Assembly (NCBI GenBank): GCA_016934515.1
Contig: JAFGSR010000181.1
Span: forward strand, 3,554-67,553
DNA: 64,000 nucleotides
Reading direction: 5' to 3'
From: Sedimentisphaerales bacterium
GTDB taxonomy: Bacteria; Planctomycetota; Phycisphaerae; Sedimentisphaerales; SM23-30
Shown here: one piece after another, positions 17,265-25,409 of the stretch
Numbering within the stretch: position 1 is the first letter of the stretch
Layout: every line of letters starts with the position of its first letter
Translations under genes and position numbers: made by a program
The notes under the pieces: model-generated
The model's input: only the letters and a program-made list of their open reading frames with translations
Told to the model about the DNA's origin: nothing
The model's database searches: none

Positions 17265-18629
17265 TTAACCCATGGGAATTCCCAGAGTGTTGATTTCTTT
17301 ATTTATTCCTTCGACGAAAGTAACATATTCATCCAGCGGTTTAGCGTTTTCAACATCGAAGCATCGGTCATAAGGTTTTCCGGCGGAAGCGGTTTTGAGG
17401 CCATTTTCATACCTGGTTAATATTGATTTGACGATACCATTGGCCTGGGAGCGGGTCATGCCGGCACAAGCCAAGGCCAAGTGTGTGTTGTTTTTCATTT
17501 CCAGAGGAGTGACGTAATCGGGCAGGGTCGCTTTGGCAGGATGAGGTGTCTGGATAGAAATCCCGGAGGCGATAGAGGCGGCGATAAAAGCAGCACTTTC
17601 ATAGTAGAAGGACTCCGTCCAGGGACCACCGGCAGCATAGGCCAAACCCAGAGTGGGCATGTTGGTGTTGCGGGCGAGGGCCTGGCCGGAGAGAGCCATG
17701 GACCAGATTACGGGGCGGGTAGTAGAACAGCCGTAGTGCATATCCATGGGCAGGGAGAGGTAATAGTTGCACTTGTAAACCAGCATCCCCAAAAAAGCGT
17801 AAGCGGTATTCAAGACGGCGTTAGCTTCGGGACCGCCGCCGTAACCGCCGACCATAGGTGCGGAGGCCAAGACGATATTGGTGCCGGAATTCAGAGAATA
17901 CTCGACTTTTTCCATCATTTCGTTGTTGGTTTTGAACTCGGCAAAAGTGCCCACGATGATAGCGTCGGAAGGAACCAGGGCAACCTTTGCAGCTTCGATG
18001 GTAGCATGGGAACTGCCGGCGGTGGCAATTCCATTGATAATGGCCAATCCATCACGGCCGGCGCGTTTGATGGCGGCACGAGCCACTTCGATAGAACGAA
18101 TGGCCCCTTCGATTTCGCCAGGCTGGCCGGTGATAATGTCCCGGCCGTCAATTTTGTCGAGAGCATTGACACTCATGGAATCGGCTTCGGGAATGGAGGC
18201 ATTACCGAAAACGATCTGGGATTCAATATCCTCTGAAGAAGCCATGATTCCTGAACCGACATGCATCCAGGGACGGGAATCACTGTCAGGTTTTCGGGAG
18301 CGGAAGATGCGAGCTTCTTTGCCTTGGCCAAAATGGCAATCGCCATCGTAATTTGCTATGGCGTCGAGAACTTCATCACGGGTAAAGGTGAACACCGTGT
18401 TGGTATTCTGGAAATAGCAACCGCAATTAACGCAGAAATCGACAGCGGCGGCAAAAACCCGATCGGCCAGGGCATCATCGGAGGGTACCGGATTATCCGG
18501 AGTGTATTGAATGTTATATTTACGGACCAGTTCGGTAAGATTCGTATAGATCCGATCCAGATCGAAAGATTCTACCTGAATTACTAAACCTTGTTTAGCA
18601 CGGTCCAGTATGTTTTGCACATGTGACAT
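17265..18629 (-). CDS. MtmB-family (monomethylamine methyltransferase-like) protein, pyrrolysine-free, paralog 2
   Basis: 454-aa uninterrupted ORF. It appears collinear over its full length with Methanosarcina MtmB (about 458 aa, recalled from memory). Matching blocks are DRAK..G, FTRDEVLDAIAN versus YTEDEIWDAINN, PMVGGYGGGPEANAV versus PIFGGYAGGIEETT, and the C-terminal SAGKPYDRCFDVENAKPLDEYV versus PAGKTFQECYDVKTVTPTEEYM. There is no in-frame TAG. Confidence 0.75.
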   Translation of the reverse strand: MSHVQNILDRAKQGLVIQVESFDLDRIYTNLTELVRKYNIQYTPDNPVPSDDALADRVFAAAVDFCVNCGCYFQNTNTVFTFTRDEVLDAIANYDGDCHFGQGKEARIFRSRKPDSDSRPWMHVGSGIMASSEDIESQIVFGNASIPEADSMSVNALDKIDGRDIITGQPGEIEGAIRSIEVARAAIKRAGRDGLAIINGIATAGSSHATIEAAKVALVPSDAIIVGTFAEFKTNNEMMEKVEYSLNSGTNIVLASAPMVGGYGGGPEANAVLNTAYAFLGMLVYKCNYYLSLPMDMHYGCSTTRPVIWSMALSGQALARNTNMPTLGLAYAAGGPWTESFYYESAAFIAASIASGISIQTPHPAKATLPDYVTPLEMKNNTHLALACAGMTRSQANGIVKSILTRYENGLKTASAGKPYDRCFDVENAKPLDEYVTFVEGINKEINTLGIPMG

Positions 18630-18695
18630 TAGTATATTCCGGTAATCCGTTTATGTTCCGGTAAAAGCAAGCTGAAACTGCCCTGAGGGCAGAAT

Positions 18696-20069
18696 TTACA
18701 GTTTGTAATTGAATCCCATGGTTCGGAGTTCATCTTTGACCTGGCCGTAAAGGTCCACGTATTCCTGGGTGGGTTTGCCGGTGTTGAGGTCGTAAGCTTC
18801 CTGGTATTTTTTGCCGCGGGGAGCGCTGTCGAGAGTGTCGATGTATTTGGGCAGCAGATTTTTGACCATTTCGTTGGCCTGGGCGCGAGTCATGCCGACG
18901 CAGGCTTCGATGAGTTCGACGGAGCCGAGTTTTTCCATCGGGGTGACATAGTCGTTCAATACCGCCCGGGCGGGGTGGCAGGTTTGAGCGCTGACCCCGG
19001 AGGAGATGGCCATGGCGATGTAAGCGGCGGTTTCGTAGAAGAACTGCTTGGTCATGGGCCCGGCAGCCATGTAGCCGAGAGACCAGACGAGTTCTTTGGT
19101 GTTTCGACTGATGGCCTGGTTACTGACGGCGCAACACCAGAGTACTTCAGGCATGGAGCAGCATCCGCGGGTGACGTGAATCGGAAAGGTCAGGTGGCAA
19201 TCGCACTGAAGAACGAGGAGTCCGAGCAGTCGATAAGCGACGTTTAGGACTGCGGTTCCGGCAGGGCCGCCGGCATAGCCACCGACGAGCGGACCTGATT
19301 CGCAGGCTATATTGGCGCCCCAACTGGCCAGGTAAGCGGCTTTGTTGAGGGTGGACATGCCGTATTTGAACTCGGCCAGGGCACCGACCAGCCAAGCGTC
19401 GGAAGGACGCATGCCGGACTGGGGCGTGCTGGCAGCGACCGCGGCGTAAGCGGTACCGGCGGTGGAGATGCAGTTACCGATGGCCAGACCGGGACGACCG
19501 ACATGGCGGGCGGCATCGCGGGCGATGCGCATGGCCCGGATGGCACCGAGGATTTCGGTAGGCTGACCGGACATGATCTTAATACCGTCGATAGAATCCA
19601 GAGCGGGGATACTGATGGAGTTGGCCTGTTTGATGGAGGCGTAACCCTTGACCTGGTTGAAGGCGACCCGTTCGTCAGTGGCGACGATGCCGGTGCCGAC
19701 GTGATACCAGGGCTGGGTGTCGCTGTCGGGTTTCCTCGGGGTCCAGACGTAACGGTCTTTGCCCTGGCCCATGATGCAGCGGCCGGGAGCATTGGCTATG
19801 GCTTCGAGGACTTCATCACGAGTGAACTTAACGATGCTGTTGGTATCGGGAATGAACATGCCGGCTTCAAGGACGAAATCGATGGCAGCCTGGTAAACGC
19901 GGTCAGCCAGAGCGTCGTCGGATGGGACGGGGGTTTTGGGATCAAAAACAATTTTGTATTTTTCGCAAAGTTTCCGGGCCGTCATGTAAACGACATCCAG
20001 ATCGAAGTTTTCTTCGCTCATGGTCGGGCCGGTATTGGCTCTTTTACAAAGTTCAGAAAAACCTATCAT
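18696..20069 (-). CDS. MtmB-family (monomethylamine methyltransferase-like) protein, pyrrolysine-free, paralog 1
   Basis: 457-aa uninterrupted ORF. It shares blocks with 17265..18629: PVPSDDALADRV, FTRDEVLEAIAN, RKPDSD..PW.HVG, GQPTEILGAIR, GRPGLAI, GGYAGGP, DYVTPME and GMTRAQAN. The C-terminal RGKKYQEAYDLNTGKPTQEYV is MtmB-like. Confidence 0.75.
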   Translation of the reverse strand: MIGFSELCKRANTGPTMSEENFDLDVVYMTARKLCEKYKIVFDPKTPVPSDDALADRVYQAAIDFVLEAGMFIPDTNSIVKFTRDEVLEAIANAPGRCIMGQGKDRYVWTPRKPDSDTQPWYHVGTGIVATDERVAFNQVKGYASIKQANSISIPALDSIDGIKIMSGQPTEILGAIRAMRIARDAARHVGRPGLAIGNCISTAGTAYAAVAASTPQSGMRPSDAWLVGALAEFKYGMSTLNKAAYLASWGANIACESGPLVGGYAGGPAGTAVLNVAYRLLGLLVLQCDCHLTFPIHVTRGCCSMPEVLWCCAVSNQAISRNTKELVWSLGYMAAGPMTKQFFYETAAYIAMAISSGVSAQTCHPARAVLNDYVTPMEKLGSVELIEACVGMTRAQANEMVKNLLPKYIDTLDSAPRGKKYQEAYDLNTGKPTQEYVDLYGQVKDELRTMGFNYKL

Positions 20070-20204
20070 TTAACACCTCGCAAACAGGAAAATTAAATTC
20101 CTTAATAAACCACAATTGCCTACAACAACACTTATCTTTTTCAAAAATTTTTTGCTCTAACAAAATGAGTGTTTGAATGGGCGAAAGGCCAATAATTTTT
20201 AATT

Positions 20205-21605
20205 TTAGCGCATTTTGTCAGGGGCTCTTATTATAATTCTTTTCAGGCACTGTTCGATAATGTTCAGGGCCTGGTCCATCTGTTCGACGGTAATAGTCAA
20301 CGCCGGGGTCAAGGTCAGGATATTTGACATGGTAACTTTAAAGCTGAGGCCTTTGCCAAGAGCGGCATACATCATTTTGTCAGCCAGGTCAGGTGCCGGT
20401 TGGTTTGAAACCTGATCGTGGACAATTTCCAATCCCAGCAGCAGTCCGATGCCGCGGACGGGACCGACATGAGAGTGATTTTTTTGCATTTGGCGCAGAC
20501 GGTCGAGAGCGTGGCTGCCGATTTTAGCGGCGTTTTCACAAAGGTGCTTTTCTTCGACGAATTCGATGGCAGCCAGTGCGGCGGCACAGGCAACGGGATT
20601 TTTTTCGTGGGTGTAGTGGCCCAGAGCCCGATCGCCGGCGACAGCCAGGTGTTCGCGGGCGAGAACGGCGGCATGAGGGAAGATACCGCCACCGAGGCCT
20701 TTGCCAATGACGAGGATGTCCGGGACGATGTCAAAGTGTTGGCAGGTGAACATTTTGCCGGTGCGGCCGAGGCAGTGAGGGATTTCGTCGAGAATGAGCA
20801 AGGCGTCGTGCTTGTCGCAAATCTGTCGGATTTTTTTCCAATATTTCTGTGAGGGAACCGATGAGGTGCTGCGGACGGTTTCGGCGATAAAGGCGGCGAC
20901 ATCGCCTTCCTTTTCCATGATGTAATCGACGTAATCGGCACACTTGAGGTTGCAGTTATCCCGGCAGTCCCAGAAGCAGCGTGGGCAATCGGGCGGCGGA
21001 ACGTGTTCGGTGCCGGGCAGGAGTGGTCCGACATCTTTGCGGAAGATGGTTTCACCGCCAACGCTGATCGCATCGAGCGAAGCACCATGGAAGGAATCCC
21101 AAGTGGAAATGGTTTTAAACCGGCCGGTGGCATAGCGGGCGAGTTTCAGAGCGATACCCATGGCGGAGGTGCCACCGGGAGCGAACAATACTTTGTTGAG
21201 ATCGCCGGGTGCCAAAGCGGTGAGCTTTTCGGCAAGCTTGATGGCGGGGATGTTGGTGTAACGTCGTGTGCAAAAGGGTAGCTCGTCGAGTTGGTCTTTG
21301 ATGGCCTGGATAACGCGCTGATTGCCAAAGCCAACCTGATGGACATTGTTGCCGTGGAAATCCATGTAGCGTCGTCCCTGAAGGTCCTGGAGATAAATAC
21401 CATCGCAGCGTTCCAGCACGTTCAGGCAGGGTGTGGAGAGTGACTGATGGAGGAAGAATTTTGCGTCGGCTTCGAGCCATTTTCGGGTTTGGGCATCGAT
21501 GTTGTTGCGGGACCAATCCGCACGGCGTGGGGAAATGTTCAAGTCGCCTTCTGATTGTAGCGTGATAAGCTGGTCATTTTTTTTCGGCACCAAAGGCATG
21601 ATCAA
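20205..21605 (-). CDS. Class-III (omega) aminotransferase-fold PLP enzyme
   Basis: 466-aa ORF with blocks FAPGGTSAMGIALKLAR, LILDEIPHCLGRTGKMF and the PLP-Lys context VIGKGLGGGIFP. It lies only 24 nt downstream of the PhnX-like gene. Confidence 0.85.
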   Translation of the reverse strand: MIMPLVPKKNDQLITLQSEGDLNISPRRADWSRNNIDAQTRKWLEADAKFFLHQSLSTPCLNVLERCDGIYLQDLQGRRYMDFHGNNVHQVGFGNQRVIQAIKDQLDELPFCTRRYTNIPAIKLAEKLTALAPGDLNKVLFAPGGTSAMGIALKLARYATGRFKTISTWDSFHGASLDAISVGGETIFRKDVGPLLPGTEHVPPPDCPRCFWDCRDNCNLKCADYVDYIMEKEGDVAAFIAETVRSTSSVPSQKYWKKIRQICDKHDALLILDEIPHCLGRTGKMFTCQHFDIVPDILVIGKGLGGGIFPHAAVLAREHLAVAGDRALGHYTHEKNPVACAAALAAIEFVEEKHLCENAAKIGSHALDRLRQMQKNHSHVGPVRGIGLLLGLEIVHDQVSNQPAPDLADKMMYAALGKGLSFKVTMSNILTLTPALTITVEQMDQALNIIEQCLKRIIIRAPDKMR

Positions 21606-21629
21606 ACTTCCTTTTTGTCAAAAATAATG

Positions 21630-22358
21630 TCAGGAAAATTCACTTTCGATCAGCGCCGGCAGCTCTCTGACGCTGGGGATGACATGGGTGTGATAATATT
21701 TTCCCCAAGCTTCGACCGGTCGGGGTCCGCTGAGCACCCCGACGATGCCGCGGCAGCCGGCGTTACGACCTTCCAGCATATCCGCCGGGGTGTCGCCGAT
21801 CTTGATTACTTCGTGTACGCTCTGGATACCCAACTGGGCCATGGCGTAAAAGATCATGAAGGGTGCGGGCCGGCCCATTTCGCCGACGACGTGTTCGACA
21901 TCCACGGAGAGATCGACCAGACCGTCGCGAACCCAACCCAGGCCGTCCATGATGGCTTCGGTTATGTCGCGATGGAAACCGGTGTCGGTTGCTACCTTAA
22001 TGCCGTTATCGTGGCACCAACGGAAGCAGTCGGCGGCACCGGGTACCTCTTTGACTTCTTTACGGTAGTGGTTGATCATGATTTCTGAGTAGCGGTTAAA
22101 CACCTTTACCGCTTCTTCATGGGTGTCGGGATCCTTGACTTTTTCAAAATCTTCGATCGCGATTTTCTTACCTTTTGATCGGGCGATAAGAAACTGATAA
22201 AGGTGTATTTTGTTCGTGCCCATGTGCAACAGAATTTCTTCCGGGGTGGTATTGAGATTGTGTTCCTGGGCCGCTTTATAAAGGCAGTCTCTCACCCCCG
22301 TGTCATCATAAACAGTGGTTCCGGAAAGATCAAACATCACCATGCTAATCTTGCTCAT
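21630..22358 (-). CDS. phnX: Phosphonoacetaldehyde-hydrolase-like HAD enzyme (PhnX-like)
   Basis: The ORF track starts at a TTG at 22379. The ATG at 22358 has a GGAG 6 nt upstream (MSKISMVMFDLSGTTVYD). Motif I is D-L-S-G-T, with a small residue at D+2 as in the PhnX motif D-W-A-G-T. HMGTNKIH aligns with the PhnX Schiff-base-Lys segment PMGLLKIDH. GRPAPFM and KIGDTPADMLEGRNAG align with the PhnX segments GRPYPWM and KVGDTVSDMKEGRNAG (Bacillus PhnX recalled from memory). Confidence 0.75.
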   Translation of the reverse strand: MSKISMVMFDLSGTTVYDDTGVRDCLYKAAQEHNLNTTPEEILLHMGTNKIHLYQFLIARSKGKKIAIEDFEKVKDPDTHEEAVKVFNRYSEIMINHYRKEVKEVPGAADCFRWCHDNGIKVATDTGFHRDITEAIMDGLGWVRDGLVDLSVDVEHVVGEMGRPAPFMIFYAMAQLGIQSVHEVIKIGDTPADMLEGRNAGCRGIVGVLSGPRPVEAWGKYYHTHVIPSVRELPALIESEFS

Positions 22359-22474
22359 TTTTTTCTCCAGGTTCTCCAATCAGGTTTTTACCACTTATTC
22401 AGATTCAAATTCTTTTGACCCATTAGTGCCTAAGCTAAAGTGTTTTTGACAATTTTTTGGTCGTTGCCGGAGAA

Positions 22475-23578
22475 TTACGGCACGACAATAGGTCTTATCG
22501 ATTCGCGTTTCTCCAAGGACTCCAGCGCCGCGGTTACTCCCGCCGCAGTCAAGGGAAATTCAGGACCGGTCAGCTTCCGGTAGGGATACCTCTGTCGGCT
22601 GCGATGCACCAGGTCCAGCGCCAGCCCCAAATAGCGGGAATCGTAGTTGTGCAGGCCCATGATAGTCAGACACTTAATAATCACGTCATGCGAGGCCAGG
22701 GTAAAAAGGTCGTCGGGATACACGCTGCCCTGTAGTAGATAGCGACCACCGATACGCAGCATCTTAACTCCCACAGGAATCACCTGGGCGAATCCCGCCA
22801 CTTCCACCACCAGGTCAGCTCCCCAGCCGTCGGTCAGGTCTTTAACCTGGCTGACCACTTCTTCGTCACCCAAGCCCTGGACGTTAAGGCAGTGATCGGC
22901 GCCAAATTCCCGGCCCACCTCCAACCGTTTGTCTAGGATATCGACCATGATTACCTGCTTGGCCCCCTGCTCTTTAGCCAGGGCCGCAGCGTACAAGCCC
23001 AACATCCCCGCCCCCTGGATTACCACGTTTTCCCCGGGCTGCAAGCCGATCCGAGCCAGCCCCGCCGTCACCGTGGCCGCGGCACACATGAGCGGTGAGA
23101 CCTCCTCATCAGCCATATCATCCGGCACTTTGAATACACTCGTGCCGGGCTTGACATACACATACTCGCCAAACGTGCCCATGAAATAGGGCGGCACATC
23201 GCTTTTGACATGGCCGTACTTAAATAGATTAAGGCACTTCTGCGGTAGCGAGTGAATCCGGCAAAAGCAGCAGTAACCGCAATTGGCCATGATTGCCCAG
23301 GTGATACGGTCACCCACTGCCAGGGATTTGCCCGTCGTGTCCTTTTCCACGCCGGAGCCCATCTGGGCGATGGTTCCCAGCCCTTCATGGCCCAGTATCG
23401 AAGGAGTAGGAAAGGGTCGGCGCCCCCGCCAACTGTGCATATCCGAGCCGCATACCGTAGCCATGGTGGTCTTCACCAGGATTGCCCCCGGCTCCAACTC
23501 TTCCGGAAGAGGAAAGCTATGCTCTTCCAGAGGTTTTCCTACCCCCATAAACATAACTACCTTGCCTGTCTTACCCAT
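22475..23578 (-). CDS. Zinc-dependent medium-chain alcohol dehydrogenase (phosphonate-catabolism-associated type)
   Basis: 367-aa ORF with zinc ligand blocks CGSDMH and GHEGLG, structural-zinc cysteines CGYCCFC, and the Rossmann motif VVIQGAGMLGLYAA. It sits between phnW and the PhnX-like gene, an arrangement recognised for this ADH clade (TIGRFAMs description, from memory). Confidence 0.85.
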   Translation of the reverse strand: MGKTGKVVMFMGVGKPLEEHSFPLPEELEPGAILVKTTMATVCGSDMHSWRGRRPFPTPSILGHEGLGTIAQMGSGVEKDTTGKSLAVGDRITWAIMANCGYCCFCRIHSLPQKCLNLFKYGHVKSDVPPYFMGTFGEYVYVKPGTSVFKVPDDMADEEVSPLMCAAATVTAGLARIGLQPGENVVIQGAGMLGLYAAALAKEQGAKQVIMVDILDKRLEVGREFGADHCLNVQGLGDEEVVSQVKDLTDGWGADLVVEVAGFAQVIPVGVKMLRIGGRYLLQGSVYPDDLFTLASHDVIIKCLTIMGLHNYDSRYLGLALDLVHRSRQRYPYRKLTGPEFPLTAAGVTAALESLEKRESIRPIVVP

Positions 23579-23683
23579 TGGATTATCCCTTTATTCACCT
23601 GAAAAGCCGCATAAACTTCATTTCAATAGTATGTTATGGATATATTAAGCGGCGTTATAGTATCGGTTTTTTTTCTTTCTGGT

Positions 23684-24817
23684 TTATAGGAGTTTAAGGC
23701 CCATTTCTTTGATTACATCGCGGATAGCGCCGAGGAGGTCCCTGACGTCAGAAGCAGAAATTCGGCCGATATTTCCGATTCGGAAGCAGTCGGCGTTGCT
23801 TACTTTTCCGGGATAAATCACGTAGTCTCTTTCATTAAGGGCTTCATAGAATTTTTCAAAGCTGAAGTTTGGATCTTTCGGATACCGGAAAGAAGTAATG
23901 ATGTAGCCCTGGACTTTTTGGTCGAGATATTCTTCGAAGCCCATTTTGCGCATGCCTTTGACGAGGGTTTCGTAATTGTTGCGATAGCGGGCAGCGCGAG
24001 CTTCGACGCCGCCTTCGGCATCAAGCTCCAGCAGGGCCTGGTAAAAAGCCAGCATCGCGTGGGTTGGTGGGGTAAAGCGGAACTGTCCGTTGGCTTCGAG
24101 GCCCTTGTACTGGGCACAAAGATCGAAAGAGAGGCTGCGAGCGTTGCCTTCGGTTTCGAGCAAGGAGCTGATCTTGGCAATGACGAAGGAAAAGCCGGGC
24201 ACGCCTTCGATGCATTTGTTGGCCGAGGATACCAGGTAATCGATGTTGCACTCGGCGAGGTTGGTAGGAACCGCACCAAAGCAGCTCATGGCATCGACGA
24301 AGAACTTTGCCCCGGCGGCTTTGACGATGGCGCCAACTTCCTTGATGGGATTCATGATACCGGTGGTGGTTTCACAATGGGTAATGGCGACATTGGTGAT
24401 GTTGGGGTCGGATTTGAGTTTGGCCTGGATCTGGGCCGGGTCGGGAGTCTGGTCTTCGGGGAATTCCATGGTTTCGAAATCGATCTTGAGTACTGATGCG
24501 ATTTTGGCGATACGGTGGCCGTAAGCACCGTTGATGACAACCAGGAGTTTGCCGTCCTGAGGAACATAGCAGCCGATGACCGCTTCGAGAGCGTAAGTGC
24601 CGCAACCCTGGAGGGGGACGGTAGTGTATTCGTCAGAGGTTGCCTGTCCGGCCTTGAGCAGCAGTTCACGGATGCCCTTGATGACACCGATGAATTCAAA
24701 ATCTCTGGAACCCAGGTCGCGAAGCATAGCTTGTTTGACCTTTGGGCTGGTGGTGAGAGGTCCGGGTGTGAAGAGGATTTTATCTTTCCAGCCGGGAATT
24801 TTCGTATTGGTTTTCAT
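23684..24817 (-). CDS. phnW: 2-aminoethylphosphonate:pyruvate aminotransferase
   Basis: 377-aa ORF. The N-terminus ILFTPGPLTTSPKVKQAMLRDLGSRDFEF and the PLP-Lys block YLVSSANKCIEGVPG are typical of PhnW. An AAAGGAG RBS lies upstream of the ATG at 24817. Confidence 0.9.
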   Translation of the reverse strand: MKTNTKIPGWKDKILFTPGPLTTSPKVKQAMLRDLGSRDFEFIGVIKGIRELLLKAGQATSDEYTTVPLQGCGTYALEAVIGCYVPQDGKLLVVINGAYGHRIAKIASVLKIDFETMEFPEDQTPDPAQIQAKLKSDPNITNVAITHCETTTGIMNPIKEVGAIVKAAGAKFFVDAMSCFGAVPTNLAECNIDYLVSSANKCIEGVPGFSFVIAKISSLLETEGNARSLSFDLCAQYKGLEANGQFRFTPPTHAMLAFYQALLELDAEGGVEARAARYRNNYETLVKGMRKMGFEEYLDQKVQGYIITSFRYPKDPNFSFEKFYEALNERDYVIYPGKVSNADCFRIGNIGRISASDVRDLLGAIRDVIKEMGLKLL

Positions 24818-25409
24818 TCAGTTATTAACTCCTTTACCTGATCACGGGACACAAAACCCCCGTGATTTTCTGTCGGAAACTGCGGGCCCGGCAATGCCAC
24901 CCAAACCCGCAACTGGCAAGTCCATACCACTGTTTATAGTCGTTCTTTTGAAGCACCAGGGTATTCGAAAAAACCACCGGCGAACAAAACAATGGTGAGT
25001 CTATTATGAAGCGGTACAAAAATCCATAACAAACACCTGTATAATATTGCTTATTACATGGACAATAGTGTCGAAATCATGTTTTATTGGCGTCAAACGA
25101 CGATTATAGCTGGACAATTTTAGGAACGGGCCCTCTGGCGAGAAACCTAACGGATGCTAAATCTGTATCTGTTGTGATTTGGAGGTGATGATGAGTTGTT
25201 GATGAACTGGTGAAGCACGAAGAGGAAGTGCAATTTTTGCTGCCTGGTTCAATCGGGCAGTAACGGAGGTGTGCTTAGCTGGTGCTAAATGGTTGTCTTC
25301 AGGTTTTTTGAGATGGTCAATGTTTTTGGGAATGGTTTTGCCGAGAATCGGACCGGCGGTTTCGGTAACCAGCAGATCATCCTCCAGGCGGGCGTCGCCG
25401 AAATCGGTG

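Noticed and set aside
17265-20069. Possible in-frame amber (pyrrolysine) codon or split gene in the MtmB-like ORFs.
   Set aside because: Both ORFs are uninterrupted over about 455 codons, the full family length. No TAG occurs in frame, so Pyl decoding is not involved here.
13732-24817. Interpretation of the cluster as a phosphonate biosynthetic gene cluster, since citrate-synthase-like condensing enzymes occur in some phosphonate natural-product pathways.
   Set aside because: I could not recognise a PEP mutase or a phosphonopyruvate decarboxylase anywhere in the window. The phnW/PhnX-like/ADH trio is the catabolic signature. This is kept only as a remote alternative.
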